61,473 nt of DNA, filler included, from Candidatus Babelota bacterium (GCA_017999075.1; 8 parts of 8 records of this genome joined end to end with filler, not necessarily neighbours in it); one strand, 5' to 3'. Counted from the whole stretch's first letter, positions 1 through 10,124 are shown. Numbers and translations: made by a program. Notes: generated from the sequence alone by a model not told the origin.

Positions 1-222
1 TTTTTAATTTTTTCATAAGTTATTTTAATTTTATATATTAAAACATAAATTTTAAAATATATTATTTATTTTGTCAAATAATATTACAAAAAACCAAAAA
101 AAATTCATTATAATAAAAAAATATTAATATTATTAAAAAAACCTTGATTTAATAAATTTTCACAGTATAATTAAATTGGTAATAATAAAAATTAGAAAAA
201 TTAAAAATGCAGATATTTATTA

Positions 223-251
223 TTGACAAAATCAAAAAAAATATTTATAAT
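223..251 (+). promoter_or_regulatory. sigma70-type promoter, perfect consensus
   Basis: TTGACA (223-228), 17 bp, TATAAT (246-251), ending 9 nt before the ATG at 261. Confidence 0.7.
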
Positions 252-260
252 AATTAAAAA

Positions 261-2294
261 ATGATAAAATTTAAAAAAATAGCACTAATATTTTTTTTTA
301 TTATTTTTTCATCCATCATTTTATTTGCAGATGACACTATTCCCATTAATAAAAAGAAAATAATTACAGCAGCAGTCATAGCGGACTTTCCCCCTTTATA
401 TTTTCTTGATGAAAACAAAAAACCTATCGGATTAGCCATAGATATTTTTGAACAAATTTCAAAAAATTTAGGATATGAAATAAAATACAAAATAGTTATG
501 AATTGGGCTGAAGCTCTTGATTCGGTAAAAAATAAAACTGCGGACATTGTTCCAGGTGCAGGATTGTCAAAAGACAGAATCCAAAATTTTAAAGTATCGA
601 ATACCCCTTTAGAAGCAGTTCCTGTTTCATGTTTTGTACGTTCAGGAAACTTTAATATAAACGGCATTGAAGATTTAAAAAATAAAAAAACAGGCGTTAT
701 AGACAACAGCGCAGCATTTAATGAGATGAAAGATTGGAAAAATTATATTCTTATTACTTTCAATAATGTCGAGTCAGCGTTATTCAGTCTTCTTTCCGGA
801 GAAATAGATGCATTTGTATTTCCACAACCAGTTCTTTTAAAAAAAGCTGCAGAAATAAATGTTGAAGATAGAATAAAAATTGTAGGTAAGCCGTTGATCG
901 AATTAAAAAGAAGTTATATTTTTCATAAAGATGATAATCAATTTTATGACATTTACAGTAAAGAATTAAAAAAAATATTAGCTACAGAATTTTATCGAAA
1001 CAGTTATATAAAATGGTATGGAAAACCACAGGAATACTGGACCGTAAAAAAAATATCTTTACTTTTTTCAATTCTTATCATATTTATAACTTCTTTTCTG
1101 CTTATATGGAAATACAAAACTACTTTCAAACTATATTCCGAATTAAAAAATTCAGAAAATCAGTATTATTCATTAGTTGATAAAATGACTGAAATGGTGG
1201 TTCAGCATAAAATAAATTATGACTCAAATGGAAAACCTATTGATTACACATTAATTGACTGCAATGATTCTTTTTGCCGGATAACAGGATTAAAAAAAGA
1301 AAATGTCGTTGGCAGGAAATGTTCTGAAATTTTCAATTCTACACCTCCGCCTTATCTTGAAATTTATTCAAATACTGCGGAAAACGGAATTCCAAATCAA
1401 TTTGAAACTTATTACAGCGTAATGGACCGCCATTTTCTAATATCAGTGATTTCTCATAAAAAAGGTTTTTTTGCAACTGTTACAACTGATATAACAGAAA
1501 ATAAAAAAAATGAGAACAGAATGAAAAACCTTATTTTGCTTCTTGAGGCAAAAAATGAAGAAATGGAAAATATACTTTATATTTCATCTCATGATTTGAG
1601 ATCACCTCTTCTGAACATTCAGGGATTTGCATCAAGAATAGAAAAAAATATAACCGAACTTTCCGAAACCATAAATAATTCAGATACTCTAGAATCGATT
1701 AAAAAAAAGTTTGGGGGAGATTCACAAATAAAAGACCGTCTGATTTCTTCAACAAATTACATTTTAACCAGCGCACAAAAAATGGATTTTCTAATAAGCG
1801 GGCTTTTAAAATTATCAAGAATAGGAAGAACTCAGGTAAAATTAACTTCTGTAAAAATAAACAAACTTTTTCAGGATATTCTAAAATCATTAACTATAAA
1901 ACTTCAGGATAATTCATGCGAAATTAAAATAACTGATATGCCGGATTGTATAGGAGACATGAATCTTCTCAATCAGGTTTTTACCAATTTAATTGATAAT
2001 GCGGTTAAATACAAAAAAAAATCCGAAATTTTAAAAATTAATATTTCAGGGAAAATTGAAGGAAATAATGCTGTATATTGTATTGAAGATAATGGAACAG
2101 GCATATCAGAAAACAATCTTGAAAAAATATGGAAATTGTTTTATAGAGCATGCGATGATAATTCAATCGAAGGTGAAGGATTAGGGTTAACAATTGTAAA
2201 AAACATTGTTCAAAAACATTCCGGTAAAGTATGGGTTGAATCTGAATTGGGAAAAGGAACTAAATTTTTTATTTCAATCCCTGCGGTTATTTAA
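261..2294 (+). CDS. Sensor histidine kinase: periplasmic solute-binding (family 3) domain, TM, PAS, HisKA, HATPase
   Basis: Signal-like N-terminus; DFPPLYF..G..IDI binding-protein motif; TM helix; H-box SHDLRSPL; N-box NLIDNAVKY; G-boxes DNGTGI and GEGLGL. Confidence 0.9.
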   Translation: MIKFKKIALIFFFIIFSSIILFADDTIPINKKKIITAAVIADFPPLYFLDENKKPIGLAIDIFEQISKNLGYEIKYKIVMNWAEALDSVKNKTADIVPGAGLSKDRIQNFKVSNTPLEAVPVSCFVRSGNFNINGIEDLKNKKTGVIDNSAAFNEMKDWKNYILITFNNVESALFSLLSGEIDAFVFPQPVLLKKAAEINVEDRIKIVGKPLIELKRSYIFHKDDNQFYDIYSKELKKILATEFYRNSYIKWYGKPQEYWTVKKISLLFSILIIFITSFLLIWKYKTTFKLYSELKNSENQYYSLVDKMTEMVVQHKINYDSNGKPIDYTLIDCNDSFCRITGLKKENVVGRKCSEIFNSTPPPYLEIYSNTAENGIPNQFETYYSVMDRHFLISVISHKKGFFATVTTDITENKKNENRMKNLILLLEAKNEEMENILYISSHDLRSPLLNIQGFASRIEKNITELSETINNSDTLESIKKKFGGDSQIKDRLISSTNYILTSAQKMDFLISGLLKLSRIGRTQVKLTSVKINKLFQDILKSLTIKLQDNSCEIKITDMPDCIGDMNLLNQVFTNLIDNAVKYKKKSEILKINISGKIEGNNAVYCIEDNGTGISENNLEKIWKLFYRACDDNSIEGEGLGLTIVKNIVQKHSGKVWVESELGKGTKFFISIPAVI

Positions 2295-2315
2295 GAATTA
2301 ATAAGGAGGAAATCT

Positions 2316-2777
2316 ATGGAGAATGCAAATGAAATTATAATTCTAATGGCCGAAGACGATGATGGTCATGCAGAACTTATCAAAGAAAATCTTTATGATG
2401 CCGGTATAAAAAATAAAATTATCAGGTTCAATAACGGAACAAAGATACTGAACTTTTTATATAACCAGCTTTCTATGGGCGATGATAAATACAATTCCCA
2501 TTTATCTTATCTTATTCTGCTCGATATTCAAATGCCTGAAATAGACGGAATTGAAGTTCTAAAAAAAATAAAATCAGATCCCACACTAAAAAAAATACCT
2601 ATCATAATGCTTACTACAACAGACGATCACCGCGAGATACAGAAATGTTATGAATTAGGATGTAATTGTTATATCACTAAACCTGTTGAATTTAATAAAT
2701 TGGCTGAAACATTAAGGCGTCTCGGACTTTTCATACTTGTTGTTAAAATACCCGATTCATCAGGGGAAAAAAAATAA
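2316..2777 (+). CDS. Single-domain response regulator (Rcp1-like)
   Basis: AEDDDGH, LLDIQMP (phospho-Asp), MLTT, YITKP; SD AGGAGG upstream. Confidence 0.9.
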   Translation: MENANEIIILMAEDDDGHAELIKENLYDAGIKNKIIRFNNGTKILNFLYNQLSMGDDKYNSHLSYLILLDIQMPEIDGIEVLKKIKSDPTLKKIPIIMLTTTDDHREIQKCYELGCNCYITKPVEFNKLAETLRRLGLFILVVKIPDSSGEKK

Positions 2778-4675
2778 TGAATAAAAATCTTCCTATACTT
2801 ATTGTTGAAGATGATAAAGGAGTATCATTTTTAATAACAGAAAAAATAAAAGAAATTTATGATTTTACCGTTCAATGCTACACAGGTTCTGAAGCTTTAA
2901 CCTGGCTTGAAAATAACAGTGCAGAAATCATAACTCTTGATTTTTCGCTTCCTGACATGAATGCTATCGAATTCATAACAAAACTTAAAAATAAAAAAAT
3001 TGAAGTTCCTCCATTTATTGTAGCTACAGGATATGGTGATGAAAAAATTGCTGTTGAACTTATGAAACTTGGCGCAAGAGATTATTTTGTTAAAGAATCA
3101 AACTTCATAGAATCAATTCCTAAAATAATTGAGAACCTGCTTAAATCCATAAAACTTGAAAATGAATTAAAAGAATCAAAAAAATTACTCGAAGAAAAAC
3201 AACGCCTTCTTGAACAAGCTCAAAAAATAGCGCATCTGGGAAGCTGGCTGTATGATTTTAATAATGATTCGATTTATTGGTCCCAAGAAATGTATAATAT
3301 TTTTGATTTAACATTCGGAGAGGAATTGAATTATAAAAAAACATTAAATTTTATTTATGAAGAAGACAGACAAAACGTCGAAATCGCCCGTAAAACAGCA
3401 ATAGAAAAAAAAACAGATATTAACATTGAATACAGAATTGTTACTAAAAAAAATGAAATAAAATATGTTCATGAAAGAGGAGAATTCAATAAAGATTCAG
3501 AAACCATTTCATTGTCTGGAACTCTTCTCGACATAACCGAATATACAAAAATAAAACAGCAGCTTATTCATTCGGAAAAACTATCAGTAGTTGGTCAACT
3601 TTCAGCAGGCATAGCGCACGAATTCAATAATATTCTTGCAATATTAAAAACAAATGTTCAATATTTGCAATCATTATCCCAGCAAAACGATGAAACTTCA
3701 GAGTTCTATAATATTTTTATAGATCAAATAGACAGGGCTGCGGTAATAATTAAACAGCTTATGATTTTTGCAAAACCTAAAGAATCTAAAAAAACAATGG
3801 TCTCCATTAATTTTTTAATTGATGAAGTTTTAAAACTGCAATCAAAGCAACTTAATTTTGAAAATATAAAAGTTATAAAAAATTATTCTGATGAAACCTT
3901 TGTTTTAGGAGACAGCGGACAACTTCAGCAGGTTTTAATAAATCTTATAATTAATGCAAGTCACGCTATTATGCCTAAAGAAAAAGGTGAAATAAAAATT
4001 ATAACAGAAAATAAATCAAATAATGTTGTCATAAAAATTATTGATTCAGGAATAGGAATAGAAAAAAATATACATGACAAAGTGTTTACACCGTTTTTTT
4101 CAACAAAAGGAGCTTATGCATCCAACAGACATAAAATTAATGGTACAGGGCTTGGTCTTGCTGTATCCCAAAAAATCATTGAAAACCATAATGGCAGAAT
4201 CTTTTTTGACAGCCAACCTGGAATAGGAACAGAATTCACTATAATTCTTCCTTCAGCAGTATCTGAAAGAATATATGATGATTATAAAAAACCGGATATT
4301 AATTTTGAAAATATAAATAAAAAGAATTCTTTTATTTTATTTGTTGATGATGAACATGAAATAATTAATATAATAAAAAAAATCCTTAAAAAATACGGGT
4401 ATACGAATGTTGCCACTGTCAACGAAGGTATAAAAGCTATAGAACTCAGTAAAAAATCAAAGTTTGATATTATATTTATGGATATAATGATGCCTGATAT
4501 TAATGGATATAAAGCTGTTCAGGAAATAAGAAAACATGATTCCACGGCAGTTATATTCTTTACAAGCGGAAAAATAGACATAGAAAAATCAAATCTTCAT
4601 GATCTCAATATTAAAGGCGTTATACAAAAACCATTTGATTTCAATGAAATAATTGATGCTATAGAAAAATCATAA
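2777..4675 (+). CDS. Hybrid sensor kinase REC-PAS-HisKA-HATPase-REC
   Basis: N-terminal REC (LDFSLPD); PAS (GSW...WSQEMY); H-box AHEFNNIL; NLIINA; GTGLGL; C-terminal REC (MDIMMP, QKP). Confidence 0.9.
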   Translation: MNKNLPILIVEDDKGVSFLITEKIKEIYDFTVQCYTGSEALTWLENNSAEIITLDFSLPDMNAIEFITKLKNKKIEVPPFIVATGYGDEKIAVELMKLGARDYFVKESNFIESIPKIIENLLKSIKLENELKESKKLLEEKQRLLEQAQKIAHLGSWLYDFNNDSIYWSQEMYNIFDLTFGEELNYKKTLNFIYEEDRQNVEIARKTAIEKKTDINIEYRIVTKKNEIKYVHERGEFNKDSETISLSGTLLDITEYTKIKQQLIHSEKLSVVGQLSAGIAHEFNNILAILKTNVQYLQSLSQQNDETSEFYNIFIDQIDRAAVIIKQLMIFAKPKESKKTMVSINFLIDEVLKLQSKQLNFENIKVIKNYSDETFVLGDSGQLQQVLINLIINASHAIMPKEKGEIKIITENKSNNVVIKIIDSGIGIEKNIHDKVFTPFFSTKGAYASNRHKINGTGLGLAVSQKIIENHNGRIFFDSQPGIGTEFTIILPSAVSERIYDDYKKPDINFENINKKNSFILFVDDEHEIINIIKKILKKYGYTNVATVNEGIKAIELSKKSKFDIIFMDIMMPDINGYKAVQEIRKHDSTAVIFFTSGKIDIEKSNLHDLNIKGVIQKPFDFNEIIDAIEKS

Positions 4676-4805
4676 AATTTAAAACTGCTGTTTTATTTCT
4701 TTGCTAAAAATTACACGCATTAAAAAAAAGAAGACTGAACCTTAAAACCCCAATATGATTTTAAAAATTCTTCTAAGGGAATGTTTTCAAAATGCAAGAA
4801 TGGGT

Positions 4806-4847
4806 TTAACTTTAAGGATTCAGCGGGCGCTGAATCCTTAAAGTTAA
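4806..4847. terminator. Perfect 20-bp inverted repeat between convergent genes; possible bidirectional terminator or RNA hairpin
   Basis: TTAACTTTAAGGATTCAGCG-GG-CGCTGAATCCTTAAAGTTAA. Confidence 0.5.
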
Positions 4848-5037
4848 GGGAAATAGGGAAAGGAAAAGGGAAAAATATATAATTCAGAAAATAGGGAAAA
4901 TTTTCTGAATTTATTCACAAGTTATTAATAATGCTTTTTAATTCAAAAAAATCATAAGCATTCTATTTTTTTCTAATAAATTATAATATTTAAAATATTT
5001 TTTTACCTCGTTATTTATGTTTTGTATAATAAAAATT

Positions 5038-5421
5038 TTATCTGTAAAATTTTCCTGTAACCTGATTATAAATAGAATCTGCAAGACCAAAATTTGAATT
5101 TTTAACTAATGATGATGAGTATTCATCGTGAAGCATTCCTTTAAACAATTCTTCACCTTGACCGCCGTCTATAAACCCTGATTTTTCTATTGTCTTAAAC
5201 ATTTGTGAAACCATTATCTTCACAAGTTCAGTTTCAAGTTCAAGAGACTGTTCTTTTATTGCCGCCAATTTTTCTTCTTCCGTGCGTTCTAATTTTTGAC
5301 GCGCATTTATAAACTGCTGATTAAAATTTGATTCAACTTTTTTATATTTATTTTTATTCTCAATCTGAATCTGCGCTGATTCAGATTTTAGAGGTTTATA
5401 TAATGTGTTTAATTTTATCAT
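5038..5421 (-). CDS. flgJ: Flagellar rod-binding protein (FlgJ N-terminal domain only)
   Basis: ELETELVKIMVSQMFKT..GG.GEELFKGMLHDEYS..FGLADSIYNQ; lies after flgI; no muramidase domain. Confidence 0.8.
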   Translation of the reverse strand: MIKLNTLYKPLKSESAQIQIENKNKYKKVESNFNQQFINARQKLERTEEEKLAAIKEQSLELETELVKIMVSQMFKTIEKSGFIDGGQGEELFKGMLHDEYSSSLVKNSNFGLADSIYNQVTGKFYR

Positions 5422-5443
5422 CTGTAATTCTTCTCTCTATTTT

Positions 5444-6547
5444 TTATAACAATTCTATATCTGCGTATAATGCGCCTGCTTCTTTCAAAGCCTGTATTAT
5501 TGAAATAATATCACGCGGGGTTGCTCCGATTGAATTCAATGCTTTAACAACATCATTTATGGTAACTCCTTCATTAAGCATCATAACTTTACCGCCGGTT
5601 TCAGAAACTCCAACTGAAGTATTCGTAACTTTAGCAGTTTCTCCGGAACCAAGTGCATTAGGCTGAACAACATCATTGCTTTCAGAAATAACTACGCTTA
5701 AATTCCCGTGAGCTATAGCTGCTCTTGACAATTTCACTCCGTCTCCTATTACTATTGTTCCAGTTCTTGTGTTTATTATTAGTTTTGCTTTATTAGAAGG
5801 CACTACGCTAATTTTTTCAAGCTGAGCCAATAATAAAACAGGGTTATTCTTATATTGTTCAGGTATATCAATTGAAACAGCGCCTGCATCAAGAGCCGTA
5901 GCTATTTTAGCATTTGACCATAAATTAATTGCTTCCGTTATTTTTGATACTGTCATAAAGTCAGGATTGTTCAACAGCAATTCCACTTTATTATCTTTAA
6001 CAAATTCCATTTCTACAGTTTTTTCTATTATTGCGCCATTTACAACTTTGCCAGCAGTTGGATGGTTTTTTGTAACTTTAGTGCCGCCGGATTTGACGTT
6101 GAATCCGCCGATAGTTACCTGCCCCTGGGCTACTGCATACACATTTCCGTCAGCGCCAAGCATTGGAGTCTGTAATAATTGGCCGCCCTGAAGATTTTCA
6201 GCGTCTCCAATTGATGATACAACCACATCTAATTTCTGTCCCTCTCTTCCAAATGGAGGCAATGTAGTTGTTACTATCACAGCAGCGGCATTATCTACTT
6301 TGATATCTTTTATATTAACGTTTATTCCATGTGATTTTAACATACTTACTATTGATTGTATGGTAAATAAAGATTTATTACTGTCTCCTGTTCCTTCAAG
6401 TCCAACTACAATTCCAAATCCCTGAAGCTGATTGTCTCTTATTCCTTTTACCTGAGTAAGCTGTTTTAAACTTACTGCCACTTCCGCTATAACCGAAACG
6501 TTAAGCATTAAAATTATTGATATTGCTATTAAACTAATCTTTTTCAT
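5444..6547 (-). CDS. flgI: Flagellar P-ring protein
   Basis: RDNQLQGFGIVVGLEGTGD and C-terminal IISIIQALKEAGAL; start moved to ATG 6547 (SD GGAG, signal peptide). Confidence 0.95.
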   Translation of the reverse strand: MKKISLIAISIILMLNVSVIAEVAVSLKQLTQVKGIRDNQLQGFGIVVGLEGTGDSNKSLFTIQSIVSMLKSHGINVNIKDIKVDNAAAVIVTTTLPPFGREGQKLDVVVSSIGDAENLQGGQLLQTPMLGADGNVYAVAQGQVTIGGFNVKSGGTKVTKNHPTAGKVVNGAIIEKTVEMEFVKDNKVELLLNNPDFMTVSKITEAINLWSNAKIATALDAGAVSIDIPEQYKNNPVLLLAQLEKISVVPSNKAKLIINTRTGTIVIGDGVKLSRAAIAHGNLSVVISESNDVVQPNALGSGETAKVTNTSVGVSETGGKVMMLNEGVTINDVVKALNSIGATPRDIISIIQALKEAGALYADIELL

Positions 6548-6582
6548 TTTTTTCTCCCAACCGGAAATTTCAGAAAACATTA

Positions 6583-7212
6583 TTAAAACAAAAAATTCCA
6601 AATTCCGTTTGCAGCTTTTGCAAAAAATCCTTTGCGTTTATCATTTGAAAAATCAACATTCCCATTAAATATTATTGAAGCATTTGCAACTTTAGTTGAC
6701 GAAATAGTATTATCAACAGACACATCGTCAGTTCTGCATATACCTGAAATTACCATTTTTTGATCAGCATTATTAATTTTTACCAATCGTTCGCCGCGAA
6801 GTTTTATATTTCCGTTTTCATCAATTTCTTCCACAACAACTGATATTGTGGTTTTTAATGCTGTTTTTCTTGAATCCTGCGCCTGTTTTTTGAAATCGGA
6901 ACTTCCTTTGGCAGCTGCTCCGAACAAAGGAATCATTTTAGCAAGAGAATTAAAAAGGGTTTTATCTGTTTTTTCACTTTCTGATTTTGCTCCTGATTCT
7001 CCGCCGATTTCCAATGATTTTCCATTCTGTGTTGAATTTGATGATTGCGCCATACTTGATTCTTCAATAAGTATTGTTATAATATCTCCCTCACTGATTG
7101 CCTTTCTGTCGGAAAATTGTGATTTTGAATAATTATTCCATAAAGATTTTGCATTCAATGCAGGAGTCATTATCATGCTTATTGACAATATCATTATAAT
7201 TATATGTTTCAT
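6583..7212 (-). CDS. flgH: Flagellar L-ring protein
   Basis: DRKA..GDIITILIEE, NGNI..RGE, SGICRTDDV..NTISSTKVANA; lies between flgA and flgI. Confidence 0.9.
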   Translation of the reverse strand: MKHIIIMILSISMIMTPALNAKSLWNNYSKSQFSDRKAISEGDIITILIEESSMAQSSNSTQNGKSLEIGGESGAKSESEKTDKTLFNSLAKMIPLFGAAAKGSSDFKKQAQDSRKTALKTTISVVVEEIDENGNIKLRGERLVKINNADQKMVISGICRTDDVSVDNTISSTKVANASIIFNGNVDFSNDKRKGFFAKAANGIWNFLF

Positions 7213-7234
7213 ATATCGTTACCTCCAAAAAACA

Positions 7235-8194
7235 TTATTCGATTATTATTGTATTTTTATCTATTACTTTACCTCTAACTATCTTGTTAGAAGCAATGTT
7301 TTCCACTCTTAACGTTTGATTTCTATATCCGTTTTCCTTTGCTATACCCGATGTGCTTACTGTAATATTTCCAGTTTTTGAAATTATCTTAACTTCAGAA
7401 CCTCGTTTGATTAATGGTTCGTCCACAAAACTTTCTTCAATAAGTATCTCATTGGGCAGCAATATTTTTTTCACAAGTTTATTATTTAATTCATCAAAAC
7501 TTTTTATAATTGTTCCCCGAATACCAGTTATTTCCATTTTTTCTTCATAAACATCTGATGCAGAAATTTTATATGGCCATTTTAATGATTTATTAGTTTT
7601 TAATACATTATCCCAAACTCTAACTTTTGAGCGGACATATATTTTGTCATATAACTTTCCATCAACAATAATTCCGATATATGCTATAACAGAATTTTTG
7701 AAGTCTTCAGTTTTAGAAAAAGATATTTCAAATTTAACTTCGCCTAACGGCAAATATTTATTATAAGAAATTTCTGCAAATTCTATAGATATGTCTTTTT
7801 TATCTATTCCTTCTAATTTCTCTACGATAGCGTTTAAAACATAATTTTTCATATTCTGAATATCAAGTTTTTGTCCTTGACGTTCAATAATTATTTTTTC
7901 CGGACCTGTAACTTCAATATTTTCACTCACGCTATTTTTTAACAGGCGTTCAATATAATTTTTAGTTACAAATTTTTTTGTTCCCGGAACAGAAGATTTT
8001 GAAATATAAATGTCTTCTCCTATCCCTGAAATAATATCATTTAAATAAATTTTATCGTCTGCTACATATACAACTTCAGGCAGTTCGAATTTTCTGATAT
8101 TGTTATTTTCAGTTAAATCTGCTGCCTGAATATTGTATACGGATATGATTATTAATAATAAAGCGATAATTTTTTTCATTTTTATCTTTGTCAA
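7235..8194 (-). CDS. flgA: Flagellar P-ring formation chaperone
   Basis: C-terminal LIKRGSEV..ITVSTSGIAKENG..RVEN.S.KIVRGKV; operon position; start could be ATG 8179. Confidence 0.85.
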   Translation of the reverse strand: MTKIKMKKIIALLLIIISVYNIQAADLTENNNIRKFELPEVVYVADDKIYLNDIISGIGEDIYISKSSVPGTKKFVTKNYIERLLKNSVSENIEVTGPEKIIIERQGQKLDIQNMKNYVLNAIVEKLEGIDKKDISIEFAEISYNKYLPLGEVKFEISFSKTEDFKNSVIAYIGIIVDGKLYDKIYVRSKVRVWDNVLKTNKSLKWPYKISASDVYEEKMEITGIRGTIIKSFDELNNKLVKKILLPNEILIEESFVDEPLIKRGSEVKIISKTGNITVSTSGIAKENGYRNQTLRVENIASNKIVRGKVIDKNTIIIE

Positions 8195-8199
8195 CTATC

Positions 8200-8988
8200 T
8201 TAACGTTTTAAATTTGTTGCAATTCCCAGCATTGTATCTGCTGTCTGAATTGATTTTGAATTAAGTTCATACGCACGCTGCGCAGAAATCAAATTTACCA
8301 TTTCATTAACTACTATTACATTAGACATTTCAAGAAAACCGTGTCTTATTCTGCCTATTCCATTTTCATTCGGTTTGCCTGCCACAGGAGCTCCTGATGC
8401 TGCTGTTTCTTTCACCAAATTGTTTCCTTCATTAGTCAAACCTGCAGGATTAACAAATTTTACAAGTTCTAAAGTTCCGATTTCCTGAGGTGTAATCTGG
8501 CCTGCAATCATTACAGATAAAACTCCATCTTCGCTTACTGATAAACTTGTAGCGTCTTCAGGAACACTTAATTCAGGATATAATTTATATCCGTCTGAAG
8601 TTACTATTGATTTTGACCCGTCAAGTTTAAAAGAACCATCACGCGTATATGCTATTGTTCCGTCCGGAAGCAAAATCTGAAAAAATCCGTCGCCTTCAAT
8701 CGCCATATCCATAGGATTTTCAGTGCGGCGAACGCTTCCTTGAGTATAAGTTTTCTGAGTTGCAGTAACTCTCGAACCTAATCCTACTTGCGTGCCTGTC
8801 GGTATTACAGAACCCTGACCTGCAGGAGTACCTGGAACTACAAGTTTCTGATACATTAAATCCGCAAAATCAACACGGTCCCTTTTAAAACCTGTAGTAT
8901 TAACATTCGCCATATTGTTTGATATAACGTCAACATTAAACTGCTGAGCGTTCATACCTGACGCTGATGTCCATAATGACAGCATCAT
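8200..8988 (-). CDS. flgG: Flagellar distal rod protein
   Basis: SLWTSASGMNAQQ, SNNMANVNTTGFK, YTRDGSF, LEMSNV..EMVNLISAQRAYE. Confidence 0.95.
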   Translation of the reverse strand: MMLSLWTSASGMNAQQFNVDVISNNMANVNTTGFKRDRVDFADLMYQKLVVPGTPAGQGSVIPTGTQVGLGSRVTATQKTYTQGSVRRTENPMDMAIEGDGFFQILLPDGTIAYTRDGSFKLDGSKSIVTSDGYKLYPELSVPEDATSLSVSEDGVLSVMIAGQITPQEIGTLELVKFVNPAGLTNEGNNLVKETAASGAPVAGKPNENGIGRIRHGFLEMSNVIVVNEMVNLISAQRAYELNSKSIQTADTMLGIATNLKR

Positions 8989-9227
8989 AATAAATTCCCC
9001 CTTATTTCGAAACAGGAAACTAACACGTTCCGGTTTCTTTTAAAACAATTGATAAATAACTTTTGTAAATACAATGCAAAGTCAAAAATTTTAAACATTT
9101 TTTGCTAATCTTTGACTTAATTCTGGCTTGGCTTTCCGGTATGTTTATCCGAATTATATTCGAATTTACCGCTGAATCAATCAGTCATCAGCGATTTACT
9201 GTCCTCGAAAGGTCCCAGTTTTATTTT

Positions 9228-10028
9228 TTACCGGCTTCCAACCTGATTTATAACCTGCCCAAGGGCAGAATCTTGTGATTGAATTATCCTTGAATTCGCT
9301 TCATATGCGCGGTTAACTTCAATCATTTTTACCATAGCGTTTACTACGTTTACATTAGAACGTTCTACATATCCCTGACGAACTATAACATTATTCCCAT
9401 TAACTGTTTCTGGTTCGCCCGCTTCTTTTGTAGCATAATACAAATTTTCTCCGATTTTACGCAGTCCGTTTTTTTCCTGAAATCTGACTATTTTAAGCTG
9501 ACCGAGTTTGCGTTCAGTTCCTGCGCCGTTATATGCATATAATTCACCAAGTTCGTTCACTGCAAAAGGTTCATTTCCAACTTTAATCGGATTATTATCT
9601 ATTCCTAAAATTATTTGTCCCTGATGATTGGTTAAATATCCCTCGCTATTCATAACAAAACTTCCATCGCGCGTATATCTTTCTCCGCCTCGCGTCTGAA
9701 CTGCGAACATACCTTGGCCGAATAACGCCATATCAAACCTGTTTTCAGTAAACTGTAAAGGACCTTGATTATGATCAACTACTATAGCATCAACAGTAAC
9801 GCCAGTTCCAAGTTTACCTACTCTCGGACGTAAATCAATTGAACCGCCCGAAGTCAGCCATACATTATCTTTTAATCTTAATTCTAAATATTTGGGGAAT
9901 TCTCTGTATACAACATCGTCTTTTTTGTAGCCTGCTGTATTGACATTGGCAAGATTATTTGCTGTTACATCAAGCGTTGCTTGATTTGCCAGCATTCCTG
10001 ATGCGCTGGTGTAAATACCTCTTAACAT
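9228..10028 (-). CDS. flgF: Flagellar basal-body rod protein
   Basis: MLRGIYTSASGM, ANNLANVNTAGYK, YTRDG, ERSNVN; directly upstream of flgG. Confidence 0.85.
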   Translation of the reverse strand: MLRGIYTSASGMLANQATLDVTANNLANVNTAGYKKDDVVYREFPKYLELRLKDNVWLTSGGSIDLRPRVGKLGTGVTVDAIVVDHNQGPLQFTENRFDMALFGQGMFAVQTRGGERYTRDGSFVMNSEGYLTNHQGQIILGIDNNPIKVGNEPFAVNELGELYAYNGAGTERKLGQLKIVRFQEKNGLRKIGENLYYATKEAGEPETVNGNNVIVRQGYVERSNVNVVNAMVKMIEVNRAYEANSRIIQSQDSALGQVINQVGSR

Positions 10029-10124
10029 TGTTTTCCCTTTTTTTAATTAATGTTGTAGAGGATTTTGAAACTATACACAGAAGTGTTTTCCCTAAGTTTC
10101 TTAATCCCTTTTCCCTATGGATTT

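Noticed and set aside
4903-4920. Rex-like box TTCTGAA-TTTA-TTCACAA
   Set aside because: It lies between convergent 3' ends and overlaps a hairpin arm; there is no promoter to regulate.
9160-9195. CTGATGA hammerhead-ribozyme core on the minus strand
   Set aside because: The following stem is not followed by GAAA, and no stem I/III arrangement could be built.
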